A stretch of 64,000 bases of DNA, from contig MU058781.1 in the NCBI GenBank assembly GCA_013265495.1, positions 5,874,118 to 5,938,117 on the forward strand, given 5' to 3'. The position numbers and the translations under genes were made by a program. Below are positions 11,632 to 25,091 of the stretch, piece after piece (position 1 is the stretch's first letter; each line of letters begins with the position of its first letter). The stretch comes from Vicugna vicugna. Lineage: Eukaryota. Below the pieces are notes generated by a model, which was given only the letters and a program-made list of their open reading frames with translations, did no database searches and was not told where the DNA came from.

Positions 11632-12409
11632 CTGGAAAGAAAGACTCATAAAAAGAAACACAACAAAACCTACTGCCATTTATAAATCTTTCTGTTACAA
11701 AAAGCGACTGTGTTTTATAAAGGCATATGATCATCACCAAAGGTAGCTTTCGCCGTTTAAAAATACCAAACAGTAGTAACAGCTGCAAAGCTAGGCTGCT
11801 GGGACTTAACCTGTAATTTGGACAATTGGTGTGGGGATGATATTACTTTGTCTTACAACGCAAGAAGACGACTCTACTCATAAACACGCAAAAATGTCTA
11901 AAATAGAGTTTTAAGACATGGGAGTTTGGAAACGGAAGTTTAAAACAGCCTCAAAGATTATAAGCAAAGTAGTTTAATACAATGAAGTCTTTAAAAAGAG
12001 AGGCAATCAGATAAGGTGGTAAACTTTCCTGGGCCTTCCTCCGAATAAAGTAAGAATTTGAACAAAAGTACCTAATAAAAGCCACTTTTTATTTTTGAAA
12101 AATGAGGAGAGGGTAACATATATTATATATTAGCCAGTGTATTTAATAGGTTGATCGATTCCATTGTAAACATTCTGTTATCCTAAAAAAAAGAAAAAAG
12201 AAAAAGGAGGAAAAAAGGTTGGAACAAATTTGGGAAACACTTTTGAGGGACTCTGGTGATTACTATGTATTATAAATCTCTAAAAGGGGGAAAAAAAGCA
12301 TGCATCTTGGCCCAAAATATATTTGACCACAGGACACTTTTCCCAGAAGAAATAATAATCAGTAGACGTGCACTGACCAGAATACAGCCTGGTAAACTAC
12401 ACCCTAGGC

Positions 12410-13205
12410 CACTGGTTCTTAAAGTTTTTGGTCTCAAGTCCCCTTCATACTCCTAAAATGTCTTGAGGACTCCAAAGTGCTTTTAATTACACAGATGACA
12501 TTTAACCATATTTATTGCATTAGAAATTAAAACTGAATTTTAAAATATGTATTAATTCATTTAGTTTGAAGAATAATACGTCCATCACGTTACATAAAAC
12601 AGCATATCTTTATGAAAAACAACCATATTTTTCAAAACAAAAAAGTCAGTGAGAAGAGTAACACTGATTCAAAATTTCTGCAAATCCCTCTAACGTCTGG
12701 CTTAATAGAAAATTTTCTGATGTGCCTCTGAATTCAGTTTGCTGTGATGTGCTGTTTGTGGAGGCAGAGGGAGAAAATCTGGCCTTCATTTTCAGCTAAC
12801 TAACTGTGGACGCCTTCCTTCATGTTATACCGAAACCAGACAAGTGCTAGTTTCTTCAAGGGTAGGAGCACGGTAGAATCTGAAACTTAACAATGAGCTC
12901 TTTGGACTCTGCTGGATTACAATTCACTGGTTTGTCTTGCGTTTTGGCTGGTTCACTTCCCGGGCATGATTCTGCCACACCACGCACGGGTCACTGGCAG
13001 ACAGTATTAGTTCAAGGAGCTGTACAGATTTTCCAAATGTTCATCATACAGCAACATTCCACATCATGGAGCCTCTGAAAAAACCCACCATACACTCCTG
13101 AGAGAATGGCAATAGTCCTAGTCCCAGTATAAAAATAGTTTTGACCTTGCAGGACCCCACCCACCCACCCAAAAAGGTCTTGGAGGGTCTCATAGTGAGA
13201 AGTGC
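12410..13205. mobile_element. hAT-Charlie (Charlie1-like) DNA transposon fossil
   Basis: Starts cactggttcttaaagtttttggtctcaagtcccct and ends aaaatagttttgaccttgcaggacccc...tgagaagtgctg, resembling Charlie1-type termini. Confidence 0.75.
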
Positions 13206-13659
13206 TGACGACGCAGACCCTCTGAGCTCTACAGATCCCTCCCAGAAGCAAGCGCACAGAACTTTCTTCCCTTCTCGCCTGTGGTTTCTGCAAGTCTGCA
13301 CAAGGCCTGGTAACCTAGGCTGCCATGAGGGGCAGGGGGACACGGTTAGCAGTGAAGAAAGCATTTGGTTACTTGGATTCTGCCAGGTAGAATCTGTGAA
13401 AGGTGCACATTTTAGGCATCTTTGGCAAACACTTTCTTCCACTTTAGGCCTTAATAATCTGGGAAGGATTTAACTGAAGACGATGAGCTTTTTAAGTATC
13501 TGGAAAGATTCTTAAGGGCCTGTTTTGTGAAATCAGTTAATGAGCTAACTATGTAGTTATAAACCATTACCTATTTAAGAACTTGAAAAAAAAACTAGTG
13601 AACAACATTGGTTATCTTTGTGTGTCAATGTACACATGTAATAATAATAATAATAATAG

Positions 13660-13850
13660 TTAATATTTTGTGTGAAGCCTTCAAATGACACTATCTCTTT
13701 AAGCCTTACAACCATCCTAGATGGCAGACACTTTCCTTTGTTTAATAAAAGAAGAAATGGAGGTAGACGGGGCTAAGCAGCGTACTCCAGGGGCTAAGGG
13801 ACTAAGGGACAGATTCAGGACGCTAAGTTCTAGCCGTCGGACACCAAAGG
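13660..13850. mobile_element. MIR SINE fragment
   Basis: ccttacaaccatcctag...gaagaaatggaggtagacggggctaagc resembles the MIR core. Confidence 0.55.
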
Positions 13851-15623
13851 TTCACCTCCTCCCCGTGCTGCCTCCTGTCCAATTAACCGTTGACTGGACT
13901 TCAGTAGTCCAGATTCTTCCTCTGGTGGTTATTCCCCCGAATCATGAAATCCCCTCAAAACTTTCTTGTTGCAAAGTGAGTTGGTGCTCAGTGAACTGGT
14001 GCAGAGCCCACCCCAATAAATGTACCAAGCAGAAAGATGCTTTTGCCTCCCAAAGAAGAATGGCTCTCCCGTGGAAAAGGAGGTCTCACTTAAAAGCCAC
14101 ATACACAGGATGCTGTGAAGTCCAGTCTTTTGATGCTCAAAAGATCACAAGGATGGAGCACTGGTAATGGTGCTCTGTAGACAAAACCCAAGGTGCCCTC
14201 AGCTCTGATTCTCTCTTTATCCCTCTGGAAGTACATTTATTAAACAAGGGAAATGAAATGCCTGCCATCGCTAAGGCACCACAGTAAGGCAAGGGGGTAG
14301 TATGCTCCTTTCCAAGTGCCCTCTAAACCCTTAGCTCCTCTGAGTCACTAGACCCCTAGGTCTACTATTTCTCTTACATCGATGGCTTTTCTTCTGCTAA
14401 CCAAGAGTCATTAAAAACATACTGAACACCTTTCTAGATTAGAATGAATCATTTTCCAATGTCCAGCTCAAGACATCACTCCTTCAAGAACTAGTCAAGC
14501 GCTCCTCTCCCTCCAAGTGCCTTTGGCAGGGACCCCGCCGCCCCAATCCATGTGGGACTCCTTGTGCACGACCTGACAGCAAGTGATGTCACTTCATCTG
14601 TGTGAGTCGCGTCCCTGATAACTATTAGTAGATGGCGAGTGAGCTCAAGACCTTCTGGAGAACCTCTCACAACCCTTCCCACAGTGCTGAACACAAAATC
14701 TCGTTTTAGCTTCTATTTTTCTCCAACTGGGTAAACATGGAAGCACACAGGAATGTATTTTTATGTCAATTTTATTTTTGAACATCTTTCTCTTCACTCC
14801 CAGGATTACACAAAATTAGCAGTGTGATTCAGTCAGAAGTTTTAGATATTTTGAAAGAGAGTAACAGTCTATGGTACAACCAGTGATATTCACTGAGCCC
14901 GTTTATCTGCGACACTCTCAGAGCAGAGAAACTTAACTCCATCCTAACGTGGATTGATTTTAGAAGAAAGTAGGATAGTATATACTAACTTTTGGCAAAA
15001 AAAAAAAAAAAAAGGTGGATTTGGGGTACAACCCAGAAAGCCATCCATCAAGTCCTGTGCTTTCTAAATGTTCAGCCATTGTTAACGACGTCCACTACCT
15101 GCAGTCCCATGTCTGTACATCTCTTGTTTTCGGTATGAATGCCACAAACTGTCATGGACTGAGGCTACAGGATACAGAAGAATCCAGCTCATTCTCTTGG
15201 CATGATAATTAACTTTTTAAAACTGTGCTGCATACTTGGTATAAAATGATAAAATCTAGTATCAAGTAGTAACAACACTCCTTCAACACTATGTGAAACT
15301 CATGAGGCGTTTCATTCTTCTCCAAAACTCCCCTCTCTCTCTGACAAACCAAGTAAATTCAAGCTTTGTGTATTTGCAGGCTACATGGTTAGGAGCAGAC
15401 TTGTTTTGTTTTGTTTTGTTTTGTTTTTTTACCATGCCAAACTTCTGTACAGAAGTTAAGAAAGGAAAGCCACTGTGACGGCTCACATCTAATTACGATG
15501 ACAGACTACCTAACTTAAATATTGGATTCCCATTTGTAAGCTCCATCACTGGATTTTAATTTTGAAAATGAAAGGCCATGAAAATTTTGGCCTTCCTCTG
15601 CAACCAAACAGCCTGACTTTAAC

Positions 15624-15719
15624 CTTCTTTGCATATATCATTCTCGGTGGAAATTTTTGAACAACCACAAAGGTGGGGGCAAAAGGGTGTGTCACATACT
15701 GACTTCTTAGTCATATTTC
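15624..15719 (-). pseudogene. Candidate 96-nt Cys-rich stalk exon (GNMTKKSVCDTPFCPHLCGCSKISTENDICKE)
   Basis: Open phase 1-to-1 segment with 5 Cys and donor AAG|gttaaa. The acceptor is weak (purine-rich). Confidence 0.35.
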
Positions 15720-16559
15720 CTGATGTTGCCATTTTCGTATATTTAAAATATTTACTTATGGTGACATTTAAGTAATTATAGTTTATGAAGCACTGTTCTC
15801 TTCTTCTCTCCTGGTAGAACCCCCTCAGTGGGCTATAGCACAAATGCAAGTTCTCTGAATCAGGCATGCCTTAGCAAAGGACTGATGCTTGTACTGGTGA
15901 ACACCAAACTTCTCCCACTGCTCTTAAAATCTGAAGTGAGTAATCTAGGTTGGTAAAATTAGACTGCCTTTCACGTTAAATACCGGGACAGCTCTAGACT
16001 AACAGTTCTTTTGCCTCCACATTTACATCAGCAGTGCCCATATACCCCTGTTCTCACTCCTGAGCACCCGACACCCCAGACGCCCCAAGACAGGCTGAAG
16101 GAGCCATTAGCTATGGTCCGCAATGAAGAAGGGGTGAGCTGAAGGGTCATCATGGAAAGCAGGGAAGCAATATTGGGTGACAGGAGGGACTCTGGGTCCC
16201 ATCACTTTTATGGATCCACAAAGTCTAAATCTTGGTACCCCGACATCACTGAGTTGCCCAAACTGGAAGCACCAGAATCCACACCTCTGCTTTCCCCTGA
16301 CTCCTCAAGGGAACTGCACCAAATTCTAACCATTCTACTCCCTGGTTATACTACTTGAATCCTTCCCTTTCTGTCCCTCCAGCATCTCTGCCTCTGCTCA
16401 CATCCACCTCTCCTGCCCTCCCACCCAGATTCCCCATCGCTCTCGTGGTCCTCTAGTCAACTTTCCAGATGGTCACCAAAGCTGCTTCTGGAAAATGCAG
16501 GCCTTACGACTGTCCTCCCCAAACCAAAAACGAAGGGCAACTACACTACACTCTTCAAA

Positions 16560-16730
16560 CACAGGGAACTATATTCAATTTCTTGTCATAACATATAATG
16601 AAAAGGAATCTGAAAAGAAAAAAAAATGTATGTATATGTATAACTGAATCACTTTGCCATATACCTGAAAGTAACACTGTAAATCAACTACACTTCAATA
16701 AAAAAACTAAAGAAAAAAAAAAAAAAAAAC
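16560..16730 (+). mobile_element. L1 3' UTR fragment with poly(A)
   Basis: cacagggaactatattcaa...ataactgaatcactttgc...aaatcaactacacttcaataaa followed by an A tail. Confidence 0.88.
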
Positions 16731-17170
16731 CAAAACCACCTGTCACTGAAGAGAAAGGGGAATGCGATAAATACAGCAATAGAACACAGTCTGAGGTCCC
16801 CACCGCCCTTCCCCTTTTGTTGTGACAGGACAAGAAAGAAGCGATCTAGAGGAAATAGACATGGAGAATACACAAAGGGCCAAGAACCAACATTTCAGTC
16901 ACAGATTTCTTTCTGGGTTTACTTGGCTCAACTGTATTTTGGGTCTTAAAAAAAAAAAACTCAACTTGACTTTTAATCATTAAAAATAATCCTAGAAGCA
17001 TATCCTGTTATGCATTGCCAAGTTGCATTGATGCATTTCATTACTTCTTAAAAGGCTACACATTAAAAACACTACTAGAAGTCAAGCTAAAGAAAATAAA
17101 ATGATTTGCGATATTTTTTTAAAGCAGTTACTAAAACAGAAACAAATGTTATTTTTAATCTCTGGCTCAC

Positions 17171-17437
17171 TGTAAACTGACAAGATATGAATATGAATTT
17201 TACCAAGTGATGTATAATAACTGCTTCCGCTCGCCACAGCCGCATGCCAACAACTCAATGTTATAGTTCATTGGGATGTGACATGTGGAACATGTCATCT
17301 ACATAACAAACCCTCCTCATTAAAGTAGACTTACTCTAGCGAGTTTCTGATACTGTGACTCATTAACATAAAAAAGCTTAGTAAACAGCTATTCTCAAAT
17401 TTGATTCTTAAAAAGTCATTGTGAAAGTTTTCCATTT
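17171..17437 (-). pseudogene. Candidate SRCR-like exon 3, disrupted (LRIKFENSC...*...EEGLLCR/MTCSTC...CGCGERKQLLYIT)
   Basis: Acceptor ctgtttctcactagtttag in phase 1. LCR-(fs)-MTC resembles VCRQLGC, and CGERKQLLYIT resembles an SRCR C-terminal strand. It has at least one stop and one frameshift, and several alternative donors. Confidence 0.38.
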
Positions 17438-18779
17438 CTAAACTAGTGAGAAACAGTATCTGAAAAATTGTAAGATGAGGCCATAATTGTCTAAACGGTA
17501 GTCAGTTCATCAACATACTTATGGAATATGTGCTTTAAAAAGAAATTCTGCCAGGTGCTTGGCTGTGGTACAAAGTATGTGATCTAATGGATCGTGCCCG
17601 CGGGACATTCATCCTCCATCTGGGGAGAGAGCATGTATACAAAGGGCACAACCTCTTTGCAATAAAGTAAGAGAATAAGAGAAGAGCTTTGGAACTTCAG
17701 AAAATGAAAACCATTTTGCGCAGGAGCGGGTATCAGGAAAGATGCCATAGCAGAGGTGGTCCTTAAAGACTAGATGGATAGGAATTCTGAACTCTTTAAG
17801 TCTCTGTTCCTACAATGAAAGTCCCAGGAAAAGCACAAACTAATCATTTTGTTTCTAGAGTGAATGTTTATTGAGCGACTATTATGTATGAAGAAATTCA
17901 TAAATGTTATCTCTACGCTTCCAAACAAGCCTATGACAGTTTGGTTATATCTGATTTACGAAGGACTCAGAAAGTCACTGACACTCCCAAGAGTCATTAG
18001 TTCTTGCTGAACATTAGTAAGCCAAAATTGTGTTTATCCCAACACGACAATTCATCACGCAGAGAAGATGACAGTCTAAACAAGAACAACCAAGGGTCAA
18101 AATCACTATATACTTTGAATATAAATATGGCTTGATATAATAAGGATTCTAGTATTCCAAAAGCAAATCACAGTCCCCCAAATGTCACTGAAATGACAAG
18201 AATGTCAAGAACTTAATACACTCAATATACTTATTTATTCTGTTCTCTAACATCAGTATTATGCAATGGTTTCATTTTACACTCAATTATTAAAATGTGT
18301 ATTTGTTTTAAAATCATTATTCACACTTGTTTCTCAAACTGTGACCCAATAACCTTTTACGTTAAATGTATCACAGGAGAGTAATCATTAAAAATAAAAA
18401 CCCAGGGCCCCACCCCTAGTCCACTTAGCCAGGCTCTTAGGGCTCAGGAATCTGAATTTTCAGCAAGCCTTCCCTTTTCCCCCAAAGTGAGTATTCATTG
18501 CACATTCAAGTTTTCAAATTCTTTGTCTGGAGTTTCCTCCACTACCTGTTTCCCTCTTGGTTTCTCTTCCATTGGCATGTCTTTACCAATTTAAACAATG
18601 ACTTTCAACATCATCCAAACATTAGTCACATTACTCTAACTGAAAGAAAAACTGCTTTTAAAAACACTGAAATAATACTACTGAAAAGAGGATTGTTTCA
18701 AACCATTTTTGTAAACCGTTTTCTACGTCTAGCTCGAGTCAGTGAAATGTAGCACTGGGAGAAATGCTCTGGGTTCTAC

Positions 18780-19262
18780 GTAGGCAGAGTAATGCCCCCC
18801 ACCCCCAAAGATGTCCCCATCTGAATCCCCACAACTAGTAAATGTTACCTTCCACGGAAAGAGGGATTTCACAGATGTGAGTCAACTAAGAACCCTGAGA
18901 TGAGGACGGTATCCTAGATTAGACAAGGGGGCCCAATGTAACCAAAGGGTCCTTAAGAGTGGAAGAGGCTGGCAGAAGAGGAAAGTCAAGGGAGATGTGA
19001 CTACAGGGGAAAAGGTACAGGGAGATGCAGTGTTGCTGGTTTTGAAGATGGAGGAAAGGTGACCACAAGCCAAGGAACACAAAGCGGCCTCTAGAAACTG
19101 GAAAAAGCACTGATGTGGATTCTCCCTGCTGATACCTTGGTTTCAGCCTAGTGAGACCTGTGTTGATGTCTGACCTACAGAACTGGGAGATAATAAGTGT
19201 GTGTTGTTTCAAGCCACCAAGTTTGTGGCCCATTTGTTACAGAAGCCTGAGAAACTAATACA
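18780..19262 (+). mobile_element. MaLR (MLT1-type) solo LTR
   Basis: taggcagagtaatgcccccc...aaagatgtcc...gacctacagaactg...aagccaccaagtttgtgg...gaaactaataca is typical of MLT1. Confidence 0.9.
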
Positions 19263-19469
19263 GGTTCTTTGAAGAAAAGAAAATAAACAGGTTCCTATAA
19301 CACAAAGACGGCAGCCCAGGGGCCCACATCCTTTTCAGCCTCCCCAAGCACATAAAGACAGAATCCCAAATGTGCCTTTGGGTACAAATGAGATATGGCC
19401 CAGACAGTTCCCAACAACACTGCCACTTCTTTTATCCATCTCTCTCCTTATCCTGCTCTTCACACTCAG

Positions 19470-19670
19470 TATTTCTATGTTATTTGTTGTAATTTCTCCA
19501 TTTTTCTTTCTTATTTTGCTTATTTGTGCTCTCTCTTTTTTCTTCTTTGTGAGTTTGGCCAGAGGTTTGTCGATTTTATTTACTCTTTCAAAAAATCAGC
19601 TTTTGGTTTGATTGATTTTTTTCTATTGTTTTTTTAATCTCTATTTTATTTATTTCCTCCCTGATCTTTA
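19470..19670 (-). mobile_element. Internal L1 ORF2 fragment with apparent TSD and no poly(A)
   Basis: The minus strand encodes FFERVNKIDKPLAKLTKKKRERAQISKIR (L1 ORF2). It is flanked by ttcacactcag and ttcgcactcag. Confidence 0.85.
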
Positions 19671-19763
19671 TTCGCACTCAGATCTCTAGCTTATCTGCTC
19701 ACTTTCCACCAAGACAGACTGGTTTACCACCTTGGAAACTACAAAAAAGGAGAGGGTCTAAGT

Positions 19764-19996
19764 CAGGGTTTCTCCACTCCAGTACTATTGACATTTGGGC
19801 CCAGATAATCCTTTAGTTGTGGGCACTGCTCTGTGCGTTGTAGGGTTTGTAGGGTACTCAGCAGCATTTGTGGCCTCTGCCCACTAGAAGCCAGCAGAAC
19901 TATCCTTTCTCCCAGTTACGATCATCAAAAACACCTCCAGACCCTGCCAAGTGTCCTATCTAGGGGCTCAAAATGGGCCCAGGATGAGAGCCACTG
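19764..19996. mobile_element. MER20 (hAT-Charlie) DNA transposon
   Basis: cagggtttctc...actattgacatttgggcc...cactagaagccagc...ctccagaccctgccaagtgtcc...tgagagccactg, with a degenerate 8-bp TSD (gtctaagt/gtccaagg). Confidence 0.88.
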
Positions 19997-20293
19997 GTCC
20001 AAGGCACATGTCAGTTTACCTGGAGCTCTGCGCTCTCTCCAGCTCCCCATCAGTTCCTCCCGCGGAGGAGACAAGCCGCCAACCTGTGTGTGTATTTCAC
20101 TTACATTACAGCTGGTCCCATTCAAATCAAGTTCCCCATGAACTCAGCCTGCTTGGCATTTTAAAACAGCTCTAAGTCAAAACTCAACCACAGGCCTTTT
20201 TAAATGGCCCCACTGCACTCACTCCCAGCCACAGGCCACGGAAACATGGCCGTCCCACAATGACCCACAACCCACGCCTGCCAACACACTCAC

Positions 20294-20535
20294 GATCCAT
20301 CCCGTCATTATAAAGGCCAAAGCTCACTATTCGCCTGTTACAAAGAACACTCTGATGCTCTCTGCAATTTGTTACCTCAACATCATCAATAAAAATCCTT
20401 TCAATCACAAGGTTTAACACTGCATAAATCAAGCATGCAGATGATTGACTGAAAGCCTGACTCTGATGACAGAGCAGATGTTTGGGAATCACATCCCAGG
20501 AAACAGTCACTGTCCTGGAAGAAGAAATCAGCCGA
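20294..20535 (-). pseudogene. Candidate SRCR-like exon 2 (RLISSSRTVTVSW...LCHQS...SACL...IFIDDV...NCREHQSVLC...GMD)
   Basis: Acceptor ttctgtttctccag and donor ATC|gtgagt enclose 80 open codons ending in phase 1. The RL start, IFIDDV (cf. IWLDDV) and NCxxxxSVLC (cf. NCxHxxDAGVIC) resemble SRCR. Restoring one C at the exon start would give phase-1 VRLI. Confidence 0.6.
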
Positions 20536-23500
20536 CTGGAGAAACAGAATTTCCTCAAGTTCTCTCTAAGAAAATGACTTAAGCAAAGATGTTAAAAGAT
20601 GTTTTATGCACTTCTTAATTCTGCTCAGACTTTCCATTTCGATTACAAAATAGCAAAACAGTAAATGGGACACACAGCTCTTTAAAAACTACAGCTTCTA
20701 AGATTGGATATTAAGTTCATAGGCTCGCCATCAGTCTATCCTAGATGGAGGTGGCTGTCTGAATTGCAGCGACTGGCGACTTTACAGCATGTTCTTCCAG
20801 GAATGCCAGCATATAGATCCTTGGTAACTATAAGTAAACAATGGCTTTTTAACAGATCAACTTAACTGTGACCTTTGCACACGAATCCTCCGTACTATCG
20901 CCATATTAATTAATTCTAAGACTTCAGGATTTTACGTTTTTCCTCTCAGCGGTCTTTCTCCAAGTGCACAATATTCTTACAAAGTCTGCAAATAATATGA
21001 TGTTACTCCTAAGATCTTAGGGCCAAGTCCTGAACCAAATCCCATACTCCTTGTATATAATGAAATTGGCCTTTTTGGCAGTCAACACAGGTAGCCACAG
21101 CCTCATATTTCCTCTTTTACCTTTTGGGAAGGTGTCACACATTTTCTATTTGTTTTGAAGATTTGAAACTCAAACATTCAAGATACGTGAAGAACAGAGG
21201 GACAAGGAAAGAGTTTTCAGGGGGAAGTGAAGACGAATCTCATCATTTGGGTGCAGGGACCGCCAGGGAAGATGACAGGTTAGGGTGGGGAGAAAAGAAA
21301 CTTAGACATGGTCATACATTGCCTCCAAGATGCAAAAATACCAAATTCCAAAGTGTCGCTTGATAAATGAAAACATCAAGACAGCACAGAGCCCGAATCT
21401 CCAACCTGGCTCCCTCATCAAGCTGTCAGTGACCCTGTCTGGAGTAGTAACGTAGGAAGTGTGGGTGAGTTTGCAACCTGGTGAAAACAGATACAAGCTA
21501 AGATTTCCAAGAGACGATTTACTAACAGGCAGTCACCATTTTCCTGTGGCTGGTGGAGAAGGACAGGGACATGGCCTTAAATGGACTGAGCTACAGGTTT
21601 TTAGTCCCTGCCAGACGGAATATCCCATAACTGTCATTTTTTTACTTTGAAAGCGATTCAGGTATACAACACACTTTTATAAAAATAATGTATAAAGTAG
21701 CTCCTTATTTCTAAACCCACAATTACCAGCAATATGAAACCAACTCTTGTAGGTCTTAGCACTGGTTTTATATATCTTGTTAGCTGTTAGGGAAACTGAA
21801 GCATCTTATTTCTTCATTCAGCATTTGCTGAGTGCCTACTTAGTGCAAGGCCCCAAGGACACGTATGAATAAAACACAGCCCCTGCACCCTCCACGCGCG
21901 GTGTGATAACAAACAGAGGAGGAGAAAAGAAGGCGGCAGTACAAGTGCCACAATGGATTTTTTTTTTCCTATTAAAAAAAGAATATCAACTTGGATTTCC
22001 TACCCTAATTCCCAACTCACAAATTATATTTTCTTTTGTGGATGGCTCATGGGGACCAAAGCATTTCAGCATGATTGCTTTTTGGTTGGAAATATCTCCG
22101 GAACAGATTTTAACTACAACATTGGCCTCTACACTGGAACGTTCAGCTGACAAAGAAAACTTTCACACCAGCATCAATAATTGATTTTCTCCTACTCCAC
22201 CACAAGATCTGGCATACTGTGTTCACTTTCTCGTGTGTCTGCTGCACCCTCTACACTTTTTTGTTTAACATTTCAGAGCTGAGCTTTTATCTCATTGAGC
22301 TCTTTTATTTTATTTTCACTTACAAGCAAACAATTTTTTTTAATCAATGAATAATGTCTGAGTAGCCCCAGGGAGTGCAGCACCACAGGAAGTGTAAAAA
22401 GGAACAAGGGTTTGCCCTTGTCCTTAAAAAAGCTTTCCAACCTTAGTCCGGGAGACAAACTCTGTAAACAAACAATAAGCCATGAACCGGGGGAATGTGG
22501 ATGAGTCCTGGGAGATGACAAGCCATGAACTTGGCAGGTGAAGGGTTCCAAGTTGGAACACAGGTATTAATTATGTGCCGACCGAGGGTAAGAAATCTTC
22601 TATTTTTAAATCTCCCTCCCCAGAATGAGTGCTGCTTGAAAAATCCCACCTAGGTAAGGGGACAGGGAGTCACATAATGCTTGGCCCATAATGCCTGTTT
22701 TTAAAACTCATATATGCTACTCTGTTTGATTATAATACTTGAGATGAAATGAATTTTCAGCTCTTGGCTTATTTTTTCCCTCTGTACTCTCATTATTAGG
22801 TCTGGAGTGGTTTCTGGTAGTTTTTTCACTAAGGGCTAGGTATGGGAAAAACATAAAATTGGGGGGGAAACTGTTATCTACTACCTGGAGATTATTTTGC
22901 AGTGTATAAAAGCAAAAGCCACAAAATGTGTTTATCCCTAGTTGAGGCAGTACAGCTTCTAAGCAAATCTATCCTAACATGTGTAAAAAGATTTTATTGT
23001 AAGAAATGCTATACCACCAACATATTTTTGAAGCATTTTGTTATAAATGTCTAAACAGTATTAGGGTGGTCAAATAAATCATGGTAGAAATCTCTTAAAA
23101 CCGGTGTATCCCAGGATTTTTCTCTGAATCCTGTTTATTTTACCCATTCTACTTGTTGCCGGCTTCATTCAGACCAGTAAAGGTTGACGTGTTTTCAAAG
23201 TCGTTGTTTTGAAGGTTACTCTTCCAGGTAAATTCAACATGAACATTTGTCCTTTCAAGCAGCTAATTCCTTTTTAAGCAGCTAACTGTTCTCCTACATT
23301 TGTTTTTCACTAGATAGCCGTGAATGTAAGCAAAAGGCAATTGATGAAATTCAGATACAATTGTCTACAATTTTCTATTATTGCTCTTAATTCATTGTTT
23401 TAGCCAACCATCACACCCTATTTTCTGTATACCGCGCACTTCAAATTGTCTGTGAAATTTTAAAAAATTAAACGGTTGTCTGAAAGTGTTTGGTGTATGA

Positions 23501-24828
23501 TGAAACTGAGATGAGAATTTTTTTTTCCCTTGCAACTTTCATCCGTGGCTGTTTGCCTAAGACCTTCTGCTCGAGCCAAAATGTTGTGTTTTTTTTTTTC
23601 CCCAAAAAGATTCTGGCCATAACTTTAGATGTAGCTTTCATTTGTGCCACTTCATTTTAACAATGGCAAAAACAAAGGCTTCTTTACTGGACTGAATGAC
23701 TTTAATTCCCCCAGTCAGAAATGATAGAAATAATTTTACGGGGTTGGTGTCACATGGCAAAAATGCAGCTGAAGTTACTCTTCTATGACAAGAGATATAA
23801 ATGAAATATGTGCAATGCCAATGTTTAAATTACTTTCAGGATTTTCACGGATATTCTTACTCCCTAATCCCACTTCTTGGGTACTAGTTAAATTTCTTTT
23901 GATTTTTGAGAAAATGCACATGTCTGTATCACAGAAGTCTTAACCAACTATGGAAGGGTTTGAGATATTTATAGGAAAATCTAATTTTCAAATTCCAAAT
24001 AACAATGCCATTTACTCTACTATGTCAGTCATTACCATTTTCACTCTGTCTTATATCAGACGGTGGCTTTTAAGCCAAAATGTTATTTTTTTAATCTACA
24101 GATGGTTTATATGCTTTGCTGCACGGAGAACCTGGCTGTCTTTTGGCTGGTATACTTTTCCAGCTAAAAATGAGAAACCGAAGACAGAAAGTTGAATAGG
24201 AATGCAGGGTGGGGAATTCAGGTAGAATTTAACAGAATATTTTTATTATTTATTTTCTCTAAGAGATCTGAATATTCAGTATGCCAGTAATTTTCTGATT
24301 TGAATATAAACAGACACCACTATTTTCATTTCACACACACACAAAAATCTGTGGAATTTAATTCACCAAAAAGGGAGGGGAAAGAGAAAAGAAAGGAAGA
24401 AAAAAGTAAGGTAAGGGGGTAGGAAAGAAGAGAGGGAGGAAAAAAATAGTAGAGTCAGGTTTTGTGTGGGAGGTTAAGTTCAAATGTTAAGCAAAGGTCA
24501 TACATAATTCAAACTCACTTTGAAAATCTCTTAACTTTCCCAGAAGACACTGCAAACACGATTTTGTGTATATAACTCTTCACAGCAACTTTCATGTACA
24601 CAGAAGCTTGGGAACCACTGAGACCATGGGAAGAACACATTGGAGGGTCACACAATAATGTCTCAACGATTCAAACCGTTCCTCTCTTCATGCAAGTATT
24701 ACATCCCCAGAGTGAAGTGGAAAGATTAGATGAAGAATGCTAGAGTGTGCTTTCCAGCAGGTTTTACCTCATTCTGTTCTAACTGTAAGCGTCTTTAACT
24801 TCAATGCCTATTCATCAATTTACTTTTG

Positions 24829-24859
<31 letters not shown>

Positions 24860-25055
24860 TGTGGCTTCCCATCTTGAGATCTGAATGTAGTGGCGTGTAG
24901 ACTAACTTTAAAAGTCATTCGTCTAAAAAAATAGTTAATCTGGTTGCTATTTGAAAAACTTAAAACATGGAACCAAATAAGCGCCAAGCACTTTCCAAAG
25001 CCCCTTATGTCTCTTTTTTTCCCCCCTTGGTAATCCATGTTTTGGAGTATTTTAC

Positions 25056-25091
25056 CTTTGGTCCCCCACATCCAGTAGAGATCATAAAACT
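25056..25091 (-). pseudogene. Possible 36-nt linker exon (EFYDLYWMWGTK or SFMISTGCGGPK)
   Basis: Acceptor cttacttaagtcccacacatcctgttag and donor AAG|gtaaaa. The length is a multiple of 3 and two frames are open. No domain evidence. Confidence 0.25.

Noticed and set aside
13721..14167. 148-aa plus-strand ORF
   Set aside because: It begins within a MIR fragment and has no domain features.
7200..20510. VSWDILLKH versus VSWDVIPKH suggesting an internal duplication between two exons
   Set aside because: The surrounding context assigns one to kinase subdomain IX and the other to an SRCR-like segment. The similarity does not extend convincingly.
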